The notes below the pieces were generated by a model. The model searched no databases and was not told the origin of the DNA. It worked only from the letters and a program-made list of their open reading frames with translations. The position numbers and the translations under genes are program-made. Positions 25,301 to 26,507 of a stretch of DNA of 26,507 nucleotides are shown here, piece by piece. The number at the start of each line of letters is the position of its first letter. Position 1 is the stretch's first letter. The DNA is taken from the NCBI GenBank assembly GCA_902493665.1, contig CABUQL010000001.1, positions 1 through 26,507 of the forward strand, read 5' to 3'. Origin of the DNA: an uncultured Eubacteriales bacterium. Its GTDB lineage: Bacteria > Bacillota > Clostridia > UMGS1810.

Positions 25301-26154
25301 TTTCCAATCCTCCTTAAGTAGTTTTTAATTGCGTTTGCGGCGTCGGATACTGTAAAAATGTCGTTTCCGAGGTCGATGTTTTTTTCACGGAGTTTGTTTA
25401 CAACCATATTAATCTGGGGAACGTTAAGTCCGATTTTTACAAGAAATTCGGGGTTTGAAAAAACCTTTGATACGCTTTCGTGCATCATTAAATTTCCGTC
25501 GTGCATAACAACAATCGAATCGGCGATTTTTGCAATATCCTCCATACTGTGCGTTACAAGTATAACGGTTGTGCCGTTTTGTTCATGTATTTTTTTAATC
25601 TGAGAAAGTATTTCGTCTCTGCCGACAGGGTCAAGTCCGGCTGTGGGCTCGTCCAAAATAAGTGTTTTCGGATTCATTGCAAGAACGCCCGCAATTGCAA
25701 CTCTTCTTTTCTGACCGCCCGATATTTCAAACGGAGATTTGTCAAGCGTTTTTTTGTCAAGTCCCACCATTTCGGCAACTTCTTTAATTTTTGCGTCGGT
25801 TTCTTCGTCGCTCATACCCAGGTTTTTCGGGCCGTATGCAATGTCCTTGTAAACCGTTTCTTCAAAGAGCTGATATTCGGGATACTGAAAAACAATTCCG
25901 ACTTTGCCTCTGATTTTGGTCAAATTGCATTCTTTTTTTGTAATATCTTCGCCGTCGACAAAAACCTTGCCGTAAGTCGGTTTTATAAGACCGTTAAAAG
26001 TCTGGATAAGCGTTGATTTTCCGCTGCCGGTGTGACCTATAAGTCCGACAAAATCGCCGTCGTTTACGGTGAGGCTTATATTATCAAGCGCTTTTTTTTC
26101 AAAAGGCGTCTGCGGAGAATATATATATGTTAAATTTTCGCACTTTATTGACAT
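25294..26154 (-). CDS. ecfA2: ECF transporter ATPase A2
   Basis: [60 protein letters not shown]. Confidence 0.95.
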   Translation of the reverse strand: MSIKCENLTYIYSPQTPFEKKALDNISLTVNDGDFVGLIGHTGSGKSTLIQTFNGLIKPTYGKVFVDGEDITKKECNLTKIRGKVGIVFQYPEYQLFEETVYKDIAYGPKNLGMSDEETDAKIKEVAEMVGLDKKTLDKSPFEISGGQKRRVAIAGVLAMNPKTLILDEPTAGLDPVGRDEILSQIKKIHEQNGTTVILVTHSMEDIAKIADSIVVMHDGNLMMHESVSKVFSNPEFLVKIGLNVPQINMVVNKLREKNIDLGNDIFTVSDAANAIKNYLRRIGKC

Positions 26155-26507
26155 AGCTTAAGTATCTCCTCTACACATTCGTCAACTTCAAGTATATCTT
26201 TTTTTATATTGATTCCCATTTTGGAAAGCTCATAGGCAAGCGATGTAACCTGCGGGGTGTCAAGCCCTGCGCTGCGCATTTTTTCGACGTTTGAAAAAAT
26301 CCTTCTCGGCGTATCGTCCATTGTAATTTCGCCGTTGTTCATAACAACAATTCTGTCGGCTTTTGCCGCCTCGTCCATGTTGTGAGTAATGAGAATTATT
26401 GTTATGTTGTAATCTTTGTTTAATCTCGTTATGGTTTTTAAAACCTCGCTTCTGCCAATGGGGTCAAGCATTGCGGTGGGCTCGTCAAACACAATGTATT
26501 TAGGTTT
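26145..26507 (-). CDS. ecfA1: ECF transporter ATPase A1, C-terminal part (truncated by window edge)
   Basis: [16 protein letters not shown]alker [10 protein letters not shown]-loop; overlaps the ecfA2 start. Confidence 0.92.
   Translation of the reverse strand, partial: KPKYIVFDEPTAMLDPIGRSEVLKTITRLNKDYNITIILITHNMDEAAKADRIVVMNNGEITMDDTPRRIFSNVEKMRSAGLDTPQVTSLAYELSKMGINIKKDILEVDECVEEILKLCQ

Overview
AT-rich chromosomal window from a spore-forming Clostridia-like (Bacillota) genome; the taxonomy is inferred from spoVAC/AD/AE, veg, SLH and stalk-domain proteins. Core genes: 3' part of a B12-dependent methionine synthase, veg, trmD, AEC and EamA transporters, spoVAC-AD-AE, a class A PBP, tRNA-Thr(CGT), cvpA-like, DUF5711-like, truA and ecfT-ecfA2-ecfA1. 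Accessory surface proteins: a modular GH10 xylanase, a stalk-domain protein with a degenerate CAP-like C-terminus, and a 1746-aa SLH protein. Two items stand out. (1) A small module occurs twice, 20 kb apart (about 1230-2052 and 21182-21909). Each copy has a ribbon-helix-helix gene divergent from a small Cys-rich gene of one family, a perfect TTGACA-17-TATAAT promoter inside a conserved 15-bp box, and adjacent copies of a palindromic repeat family with its own tandem expansions. (2) A cobalamin riboswitch precedes the giant S-layer protein, whose C-terminal half has a transcobalamin/intrinsic-factor-like layout (helical barrel plus DUF4430-like domain), making it a candidate surface B12-capture protein. 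All domain calls come from reading motifs by eye; no searches were run.
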